Origin: a virus
Virus record (IMG/VR): IMGVR_UViG_3300032116_015700
Span: 27,094 to 91,093 of that record
Length of the DNA: 64,000 nt
Strand: one strand, 5' to 3'
Positions within the stretch are counted from its first letter, which is position 1. The number at the start of each line of letters is the position of its first letter. This document shows, piece after piece, positions 28,275-40,200 of the stretch. The translations under genes were made by a program, and so were the position numbers. Below the pieces are notes generated by a model, which saw only the letters and a list, made by a program, of their open reading frames with translations, had not been told where the DNA came from and made no database searches.

Positions 28275-31200
28275 TTATATTTGAAGTGCCAATGAGAACG
28301 GAGTTACCAATGAGAATAGAGATTTACTAAACGTTCTACCCACAAGAGTACCAGTTGCCTGGTTAATACTTAAACCAGTACCGATTCTAAAGTCACCATC
28401 TTGGTTACCGGATGTGAAGAAGATTCTACCCCCACCCAATTCGGTAATTTCAAAAGCCGGATTTGCAACACCACTACCACCTTGGTTTGGAGGGAGTGCT
28501 TTAAATGTCACACCACTACCATTATAGGAGTAGTCAATACCAGTTGCCACAATTAGAGAACCAAATGATTCCAATGGTGCTCCAGCTGCGATAAACTCAG
28601 CTCTCGTTCTTAAATATCTATTTGTTTCAAGAGTCTCTAATTTTTGAGAAGAAATTACCGCTTGTGCACTTCCATATTGTCCTGTATAGTAAGAAGATGC
28701 TGCTGCAATTGCTCTTTCATTGCCACCATACAACAAATCAGTTGCACATGCATCAACAATCAATCCAGTATCTCTTGAACAACTAGCTTCATTATATACT
28801 AAATATGGGAATGCTCCATTTGTATATCCGATTGCTCTTTGTTTCAATTCATCTTTAGCCGCTACTAATCTTGCTGCTGCTTGTCTTCTCTTTGTAGAAG
28901 GTGCTAAATAAGTTAATTGAGTGTTTCTAACTAATTTTTCAGCTATACCTCTTGCAAAGTTAATACCATCTACAGTTTGTTTCTTTTGTCCAACTTCACC
29001 ATTATCAGTATATGATTCTGCGATTGCTACTGAAGGTATTCTATAATAATAAGAACCTGCCTCAATACTTCTTTCATTACCACCATATACCAAGTCAGTT
29101 CTGATAGCGTCTATAATAAATCCTAAATCACGAGAACAACTTACTTCGTTATATTTTAATGTACTCCAAGAAGAACTCAAGAAAGTAATTGTTTCTTTTT
29201 GAATTAATGGTTTATTGAATGTTAATAGTTGAGCCGTTCTCATTAATGAACCAGAAGCAACCCACACATCTACATAAGTTGGATTTGTTACTGATTTACT
29301 TGCCAATCTTCCCGCATATCTTACACCAGTAATTGTTGGGTCCAATTGGTTTTGTTCAGAAGGTACACCTGCGTTAGTTGCCCTTGATGGGAATAAATAA
29401 TAGTATGTTCCCGCTATTACACTTCTTTCTTGTCCACCATAAAGAAGGTCAGTTGTTGCTGCATCAATCAAATACTTAACATCTCTACTACAACTTGCTT
29501 CGTTATATTTAACACCACTCCAAGAAGATGAAACATATGCAATAGCTTCCGCCGCAATAAAGTTTTTGTTTTCTCTTAATAAGTAAACTGAAGAAGATAC
29601 TGCCAAAGATGCTGTATTAAACTCAACGTTTTGTATTACCTTTTGTGCTATTCTACTTGCGTAGTTTATACCATCATTGGTTTGTTTTAATTGCCCATCA
29701 CCATCTCCATCGCCCAATAAAGTTGCTTTAGATGGATATTTGAAATAGAATTCTCCACTCATCACAGTTCTTTCATTACCACCATACAATAGGTCAGTTG
29801 CTACACCATCAATAATATATCCAACATCTCGTCTACACTTAGCTTTATCATAATTAAAGTTAGCCCAACTTGATGTTAAGTAATGTAATGTTTCTTCTTG
29901 TATAAACTCTCTATTACTTCTTAACAATGCTACTGAAGCAGATACTACTTGCGATGCGGTAACAAATACTTTATTTTGAATAATGTTCTTAGCTATTCCA
30001 CCCGCGTAATCAATTGCATTTACAGTAGATTCTAATTGAGAACCAGTAGCCAATGAAGGATATAAGAAATAATACAATCCTGCTTTAGCACTTCTCTCAT
30101 TACCACCATAAAGAATATCAGTTGATACGGCATCTATTAGGTGTCCAACATCCCTTCTACATTTAGATTCGGTATATTGTAAACCAACCCAAGAAGAACT
30201 TACATAAGCAATAGTTTCTTCTTGTATGAATGCCTTATTTTGTTTCATTAACGCGTGAGATGCTGATGCGTAGATTGAAGCGGTAAAGAATTGAGTATTT
30301 ACAATTACTTTTTGTGCCAATTGCCCTGCATATCTCATAGCATCCAATGTTTCATCTAATTGAGAACCAGTTGCCGCTGATGGATATAAGTAATAATATA
30401 ATCCCGCAGTTCTTATTCTTTCATTACCACCATAATAAACATCGGTTGCAACAGCGTCTATAATGTGAGAAATATCTCTCTTACACTTATCTTCGTTATA
30501 TGTAAATGCTACATCAGAATTAGAACCAGTCACCCAAGATGAACTAATATACGCTATTGTTTCATTCTGAATAAATGGTTTATTTTGATTTAGCAATGTC
30601 CATGCAGTTGTTCTTTCAATTGAAGCTGTTTGGTACTCAATATTTTGAAGTACTTTTTGTGCTAATTTACTTGCGTAGAATAATCCATCCAATGTGTAGT
30701 TCAATTGAGAATCAGTTGCTTGTGATGCTGATTCAAAATAGAACTTACCATTTACAATTGATGCAGAATCTACACCAAACAACATATCTTCAGCTGCACC
30801 ACTAATAATCAATCCAACATCTCTCTTACATTTAGTTTCATCGTAAGATGCAGTACTCCAAGAAGAACTAATATACGCGATAGTTTCATTTTGAATGAAT
30901 CCTATGTTTTCTTTTAATAAGTTATATGCGTAATAAACATTAGATGCAGTTGATGGAGTTGTGTAAACTACAGGAGTTGGTAATGAAGCAGTTCCAATTG
31001 CCACAATATTTGTTACTATTGAAATTGATGCTGAAATTAAAGAAGCCTCATAAGTTGTTCCATAATTAGATGATGCAGTTATATACTGATTTGCATTTGT
31101 AAACTTAATACTTTCAGATGTATTTGAAATTAATGATGGAATTGAACCCGTACCAACTTCTACAATATTTGTTACTACTGCAAATGATGAACTTACTCTA

Positions 31201-34200
31201 TTCACTTCATATGCGGATGCTGAGTATGAAGCTGAGTATTGTGTTGTTCCAGTAACTTTAATATTATTCGCAGTATTCAATATAATTTGTGGTTCTGCTA
31301 TTAAGTTACTATTAATGATTTGCTCAGTTAATCTTCTAGCATAATCAATTGCAGTTGTTGTTTCAACTACCTGCTCTGATTCGGTTGCCAATGAAGGATA
31401 TAAGTAATAGAACTCTCCAGCTTTATTACTTCTTTCATTACCACCGTATAATAGGTCAGTTGCTACTGCATCTACAATATATCCAACATCTCTACGGCAT
31501 TTAGATTCAATATAATCCAACTCAGGCCATTTAGCGTTTACAAACGCTACGGTTTCTTCCTGAATGAAAGTTTTGTTATTTTTAATTAGATTATATGCGG
31601 TTTGGTTGTTAGCAGATGGTGATACAAATGTTGAACCACTCACAATATTCATCGCTAATCCCCTAGCATGTCTAACGCCGGTTAATGTTGGTTCTAATTG
31701 TTCATCAGTTGCTTCGGATGGGTAATCATAATAATATCTACCTGCAATAATACTTCTCTCATTACCACCATATAAAATATCGGTTGCAACCGCATCTATA
31801 ATGTAACCTAAATCTCTTTCACATTTAGATTGAGAATACACAAATCCTTGCCAAGATGAACTTAAATACGCAATAGATTCTGATACTATAAATTGTTTGT
31901 TTGTTCTTAATGATGCCCAAGAAGAAGAAACAAATGATGAAGAAAAATGTGTTAATACAGTATTTCTAACTACTTTTTCAGCCATTCCACCTGCAAACTT
32001 TAATGCAGTTACAGTCTGGTCTAATTGAGAACCAGTAGCTTGAGAAGGATAGTCAAAATAGAATCTTCCATTTACGAAAGATGCGGAGTTTCCACCATAT
32101 AATAAATCAAATGCTGCACCACTTATAATTAACCCTACATCTCTACTACAACTTGCCTCATTATATACAAATGTTGACCAAGATGAACTCATAAATGCAA
32201 TTGTTTCATCTATAATCATTTGTTTATTATCTAATAATAAATTATACGCATTATTGATTTTTGCATTAGTATTTGGAGTAATAGCAGGTGCCTCATAAAC
32301 AACTGAACTCGTACCATCATTTAATAATGTATCAATTACTAAAGAGAATGATGAAGAAATAAGTTTAGCTTGTAATCTATCTGCACTACTTCCACTTATT
32401 ATTTGCGGTGTTGCTGTAACTTTAATACTTGCAGATGTATTTGGTATTAATGTTGGAATTACCGATGTTCCGGTATTTACTATATTCAATACAATACCAA
32501 ACAAGTTACCAATTCTATTTATTTCAGAACCACTACCCGTAATTGAAATTGCGGTTGCGGTTGTTGTTTTTATTGAAGAAGAAGTATTTGAAACCAATGT
32601 TGGTATAGAACCAGTTCCATTGTTTATAATATTAATTACGTTTCCAAATGAACTACTAATACTTGCAGTTTGGGTGTTATACGTTCCACTTCCTAAACTT
32701 TGTGTTATTGATGAAATATGCAATAAAGTTGGTGTACTTAATTGGAATCCATAATTGTAATTATTTGCCAAACTATCAGGCACAGACGCAGAACCCCAAT
32801 AAATAATATCTCTTATTAATCCAAATGATGCCGTTGTTATACCAACTTCAATTGAACTTGCTGATACAGATGAAGTAATTTGAGATTCATTTGATACTTT
32901 AATAGAAGAACTTGAGTTTGTTACAAGTGGTGGTACTACATTCAATCCACCTGCAATAATTTCAGTAACTAATGCAAATGATGAACTCACTTTATTAATT
33001 TCTACTGTTGTGGCAGATATTGATGATGTAATTGGAGTTATATGACTTACTCTAATATTTGCATTAGTATTTGAAACTAAAGTAGGTGAAGATAATTGTA
33101 AATTTTGAACTATCTTTTTAGAAAGTGATTTTGCATATTCAACACCCGCTACAGTTTCAACTACCTGGTCAACTTTAGTTGCTTTAGATGGATATCTATA
33201 ATAGTAATCACCAGCAATAATACTTCTCTGATTACCACCATACCAAAGGTCAGTTGCTACGTTATCAACGATATACCCAACATCCCTTCTACATTTTTCT
33301 CTATTATATCTCAAATATGGATAGAAAGCATCAATAAATTGAATAGTTTCGTTTTGTATAAATGTTCTATTATTTTTAAGAAGATTATACGAAGATGAAA
33401 CAAATTCAGTTGGTGAAGTCAATAATTGTGAAGATATTACTTTTTGTGAAATACCCGCTGCAAATTGAATACCATCAATAGTAGGTCCTTTTTGTGCATT
33501 CGTTGTTGGAGAAATTGATGAAGTATATACTGCTGCAGAAGGATATAAATAATAGTATTCACCTGCTTTAGAACTTCTTTCGTTACCACCATATAATAGG
33601 TCAGTTGCTACATTATCAATAATATACGCAACATCTCTACTACAACTTAATTCGTTAAATGTAAAACCACCAACATTAGTCCAAGATGAACTCAAAAATG
33701 CAATAGTTTCTTTTTGAATTAATTGTTTATTTTGTCTTAACAAATTCCATGCAGTAAGTTCTGAATTAGTAGGTTGTAATAATGTTATATTTTTTGCTAC
33801 CTTTTCAACTAAACCTTTAGCGTGTTTAATACCATCCAATGTTTGGTCTAATTGTCCTTCATCATTACCATCACCTTCTACTATTGCAAGAGATGGATAT
33901 AAATAATAGTATTCACCAGCTTCTCTACTTCTCTCATTTCCACCATAAAGTATATCAGTTGCCACAGCGTCAATTATGTAACCAACATCCCTTCTACATT
34001 TAATTTGGTCATATTGGAAAAAACTCCATGCAGAATTAAGGAATCCAATAGTTTCAGTTTGTACTAAATCTTTATTTTCTTTTACTAAATTATATGTAGT
34101 TTGAACTGAAAGTGAAGCTGTTACAAATACTCTATTATTAAGTATTTGCTCCACCATATGCTTAGCGTGCTTAATACCACTTAATGTTGGTCCTAATTGA

Positions 34201-37200
34201 GATGTTGTTGCTTGAGATGGGTATCTATAATAAAACTCCCCTGCCTCTATACTTCTTTCATTACCACCATAAACTAAATCAGTTGCAACTGCATCTAAAA
34301 TATAACCAACATCTCTTTTACATGTTTGTTCGTTATATGATGCAGTACTCCAACTTGCAGAAACATATGCGATAACTTCATCGGCAATAAATCCTTTATT
34401 ATTGTAAATCAACTCTCTTGCCTGCAATCTATTTTGAGATACTTTACTAAATGTATTACCTCTTAATAGTTTATCTGCCAAATCTCTTGCATATCCAATA
34501 CCAGTAACAGTTTCTTGTATTTGTGAGCCTGTTGCTTCTGATGGATAAAGGTAATAATAAACTCCTGCTTTAATTGTTCTTTCGTTGCCACCCCACTTAA
34601 CATCAGTTGCCACTGCGTCAATTATATAACCAACATCTCTCTTACAAGTATTTTGGTCATAAGAATGAGATGCCCAAGAAGAAGATAAATATGCAATTGT
34701 TTCTTCTTGAATAAATCTTTTGTTGTTTACTAAAATATCATGTGCAACTAATGATTGTGAATTTGGATATGATAATACCGTATTTACAATTAGTTTTTGT
34801 GCTAATCTACTTGCATAGAATACTCCATCTAAAGTTTGATTTAATTGTGAACCTTGTGCTTGAGATGGGTAATCGTAATAAAATTTACCGTTTACTACTG
34901 ATGCGGAGTTACTATTCCAAATAAGGTCTTCAGCTGCGCCACTAATAATTAATCCAACATCTCTACGGCATTTTTCTTCATCATAAGATGCAGTTGACCA
35001 AGATGAACTCAAATAAGCAATAACTTCATTTTGTATGAATGGTATATTTTGTTTTAATATTCCGTATGCTGCTAATACAGCCGATGAAGATACCGATGAA
35101 GTATATGATGATGTAGGTAAATTTGCTATAAATGAACCAGTACCATTTGATATAATATTTGTTACTATTGAAATAGATGCCGATATTGCATTTACTTCGG
35201 TTTGTGTTGCAGATGATGCAGAAATGTATTGTGGTGTTGATGTAACTTTAATATTATTTACAGTATTTAGAACAAGTGTTGGTAAAGAGCCTGTACCATT
35301 TTCTAATATATTAATTACTCTATTAAAACTAGAAGTTATATTATTAGCTAATGATTTAGATACTGCAACTGATGATGAATATTGAGTTTCATTTGTTATT
35401 CTCAACAATGCGTTTACATTCTTTACCAATGTTGGTAATGAGCCAGTTCCTTCTTTCACAATATCTAAAACAATATCAAAACTATTGTTTGAGCCAGTAA
35501 TAAATGTATTAGATATAGATGCGGTTGAAATAAATTGAGGATAGTTTGTATTTTTAATTAATCCACTTGCATTATTTACCAAATTTGGAATTGAACCAGT
35601 ACCATTTGCTATAATATCCAATACTATATTAAAACCAGTAGTTACTTTTGCAGAATCAGATGGAAGTGGTTGTACCGATGAACTAAATTGATTATTAGTT
35701 AAACGTATAACACCCTTTATTGAAGAAGATGTAATTGTTGGTATTGCAGAAATACCTTTATCTATAATATTAATTACATTTCCAAATGATTGAGATACAA
35801 TGTTTTTATCGGTTTGATTTACAATACTTGAAGTAATTGTTTGTACTTCACTAGTCTTTTTAATACCATTTTCAGTATTTGAAACTAAAGTTGGAAACGC
35901 AGAACTACCACTTTCAATAATTTTTGCTACATTATCAAAACTATCTTCTATTGCCTTACCACCAATCGCAACCAACTTTGCCAAATCTCTCGTAAATCTT
36001 ACTGCATCGGTTGTTTCGGTTACTTGTGCATCCGTTGCTTGTGATGGGTATAAGAAATAGAATCTTCCTGCAGTAATTGCTCTCTCATTTCCACCATATA
36101 CTAAATCAGTTAAAACATTATCAGTTATAAATCCAACATCTCTAAAGCATTTAGATTGTATATAATTTAATGTTGGATATGTATCGTTCACATACTCAAT
36201 AGTATTTTGTTGTAAGAATGTTCTATTATCTTTTACTAATTTTCTTGCGGCTAATACAGCTTCAGATGGATTAGTTAAACTAACATTCTTAATAATATTT
36301 TGTACTAATTGATTTGCGTAATAAACACCTGTTATAGTTGGGTCTAATTGCTGAGATACGGAAGGTTCTCCACCCACCGTTGCTGCAGATGGATATCTAT
36401 AATAAAAATCACCAGCAACAATACTTCTTTCATTTCCACCATATACCAAATCAGTTCTTACTGCATCTAAAATATATCCCACATCTCTTTTACACTTAGC
36501 CTCATTATAATAAACTCCACTCCAAGAAGATGAAACATATTCTACAACTTCTGCCGCAATAAGTTCTTTGTTTCTTCTTATTAACTCACTTGCGTTTATT
36601 GAATTAAGTGAAGCTTGTGTGAATGTTTCTCCAACAACAATCTTTTGTGCTAATCTACTTGCGTAGTTGATAGCATCAGTTGTTTGAATTAATTGTGAAC
36701 CAGTTGCTGCCGATGGATATGTAAAATAGTAATCCGCTGCTATTCTAGTTCTTTCATTACCGCCATAGATAATATCAGTTCTGATTGCATCTAAAATATA
36801 TCCAATATCCCTTCTACAAGTTGTTTCATTGTAATCAAAACTTCCCCAAGATGAACTCATATATGCTATGGTTTCATCTGCTATAAAATCTTTGTTATTC
36901 AATATCAAGAATGAAGCACTTGCTCTACTTCCAGTAAATTGTTGTAATTCTATATTTTGAATTAATTTTTGTGCTAATCTACTTGCGTAGTTAATACCAT
37001 CTAAAGTTTGTGCCAATTGAGAACCAGTAGCCTGCGATGGATATTCATAATAGAATTGTCCATTTACTACTGATGATGAATTTACGTTAAAAATTAAATC
37101 TTCAGCGGCACCACTTATAATTAATCCAACATCTCTACGGCATTTAGCTTCATCATACTCAAATGTACTCCAAGAAGAACTTAAATATGCTATTGTTTCG

Positions 37201-40200
37201 TCTTGTATGAAATCAATATTTTGTTTAATTATTTCATAAGCAGCTCTTGCATTAGATGATGATAATGGAGCCGTATATGGTTGCTTACCAAATACACCTG
37301 CACTCTCACCTCTTTCAATAATTTTAGTTACAATTGAAATTGAAGATGAAATAAATGCAACATCTTCCAAGCTTCCACTATAAGATGAAGAAACGTATTG
37401 TTCAGTTGCACTTACTTTAATATTTTGAGATAAAGAAGAAGTTAATACAGGTATTACCGATTTACCACTTACTAATACATCGGTAATAAGTTTCATTGAT
37501 GAACTAATACTTTGTGATTCTGCAGTTGTTGCTGGTATTGCCAAAGTTTCTAACGATGTAGCAGTTACTTTAATGTTTGCCGCTACACTTGATGTATAAA
37601 GTGGAATTGAACCAGTACCATTTGTAATTATTGTACCTATCAATGATATAGATGCGGACAATGAACTACTTAACGCACCACTTGCGGCATTTGAACCACT
37701 ATATTGTGCTAATGAAGTTACTTTTATCGCATTTGCCTGTGAGTATGTGATTGCTGGTTCAGCTGCAATACCACCTGCAATAATTGTATTTACAATATCA
37801 TATCCACTTCCAATTTTATTAACTTCGGATGGAGATACAAATGATGATGTAACCTGTGAACCAGATGTTACATTAAGAGGATTATCTTTACCCCAATTTA
37901 AACCCGTATTTTGTGCCAATATTGAAGGTACAGCGGATATACCTCTTTTAATAATTCCTTCAATAATTGCAAAAGAACTACTAATAGAATTTTGTTGAGT
38001 TTGCGTACCACTATTTGATGATGTTACATTTGTATTATTTGTAACTTTAAAATTTCTCTCATCATTATTTACAATTCTTGGTGTATCTAAAATAATATTA
38101 CTTACAATATAATCAGTAATAATTTTTGCGTATTTAATTGCACCAATTGTTTCTCTTCTTTGAGTTGTTGTAGCAATAGATGGGTATTCATAATAATATT
38201 TACCTGCTATTACACTTCTCTCATTTCCACCATACAACAAGTCAGTTGAAACATTATCTAATATGTATCCAACATCACGTCTACACTTTTCTTGGTTATA
38301 TGATAATTGTGGAAAAGCAACATTTACAAATTCAATTACTTCATTTTGTATTAAACTCTTATTACTTCTTATTAAAGAGTATGCAGCTTGTGAAGATGTA
38401 GTTGGTAAACTAAATGTTTTTCCTGCAACTAAATTATTTACTAAACCTGCTGCAAAGCGAATACCATCTAAAGTTTGTCCCAATTGTCCATTACCATCAC
38501 CATCTCCCTCAACAATCGCTAATGAAGGATATAAATAATAAAATTCACCCGCTTCAATACTTCTTTCATTACCTCCATATAGAGTATCAGTTGCTACAGC
38601 ATCTAGAATATAACCAACATCTCGTTTACACTTTGCTTCATTATAATAAAAATTAGACCAAGAAGAAGATAAAAATGCAATAGTTTCATTTTGTATAAAT
38701 GATTTATTGTTATTGATTACTTGCCATGCAGTTTTTCTTTTTTGTGTATATGCATCTAAATCAATATCCCTAAATGTTTTATTTTTGATAAGTTCAATTG
38801 CTAATCTAGCTGCGTATTTTACTGCTGTTTTGGTTGGGTCTTTTTGTGATGTAATTGCACTAGATGGATATTCGTAATAGAATCTACCTGCAGTAATACT
38901 TTTATCATTACCACCCAATAATAGGTCTTGCGCAACAGCATCAATCAAGAAACCAACATCTCTACGGCAGGTTGCCTCATTGTAATAGAATCCATCTACA
39001 CCACTCCAAGAAGATGAAATATACTGTATTACTTCTTCTTGAATAAATGCTTTACTTCCGGTAAGAATTTCAAATGCGTTAATTATATCAGTGTCTTCAC
39101 TAGCCACACTTCCACTTATAGTTGCTGGATATGTTAGTGTATTTGCAATTAATTCTCTTGGAGTTTCTGAATTATTTATTATAAAGAATCTACCACTTAA
39201 TGTATTATTAATTTGTGATGTATAATATAATGTATTTGGTGCATCATATGGTACAGTGAACGTAATATTACCAACACTATCACCATTATTTATTACGCCT
39301 TTATTATAATCAAAAGTGTTTGCAATAGTTTCAACTGGTTGTGTTCTTATAAAGAATGGATAATCAATTCCACCTTGTCCTTCCGATGCACTTACATAAA
39401 ATTTATAAGTTTCACCTCTAAATAAAGTTATTGTAGGATTATTACCAACACCATCCCAATTATAAGATGAACTGTTTACATTTGTAATTGTATAATTTCT
39501 TCTATGGTTATTTGGAATTGGTAAAATATTACTACCAGTACCATTTGATAATATGTTATAAATTATACTAAAACTTGCACTTACTTTATTAATTGTTTCT
39601 ACTGAAGATGAGATACCACTTTGAACTGGTTCTAATCCACCAATATAAAAACTTGCACTTAATGAAGAAGTTAATTTTGGTACAACACTTAATCCATTTT
39701 TTATAATATCTATTACGGTTTCAAAAGATGAACTTATACTAGCGGTTACATCATTTGGTAATGCCGGAGAAGCAGGTGATGGTATTATTGATGTTCTTCT
39801 AATACTTGCCGATGTTGATGATTTAAAATCATAGGAACCAGTACCATTTGAAAAAATACCTAATAATACACCAAACGAAGAGCTAATTTGATTTAAATCT
39901 CCTTGAGATGCAGATAGTGGAGTAGCCGAACCAGAATAAGAGCCTGTAATTTGTGTTGCTCCTAAAATATTATAAGGTGATTCTGAACTAAATCCTTTAT
40001 TTGAACTTCTTGCTAATAACGTAGGATAATTTGAAGTACCACTATCTACTATTTCACTTACTAATTTAAAATCCGCTGAAATTTCATCCGCAGCGGTTGA
40101 AGATAATTCTACTCCAGATGAAGTAGTGTATTGTGGAAATTGAGAAGGAGATGATAAACGGATACCTTCCGCTGTATTTAATGTTGTTACTTCAGGCAAT

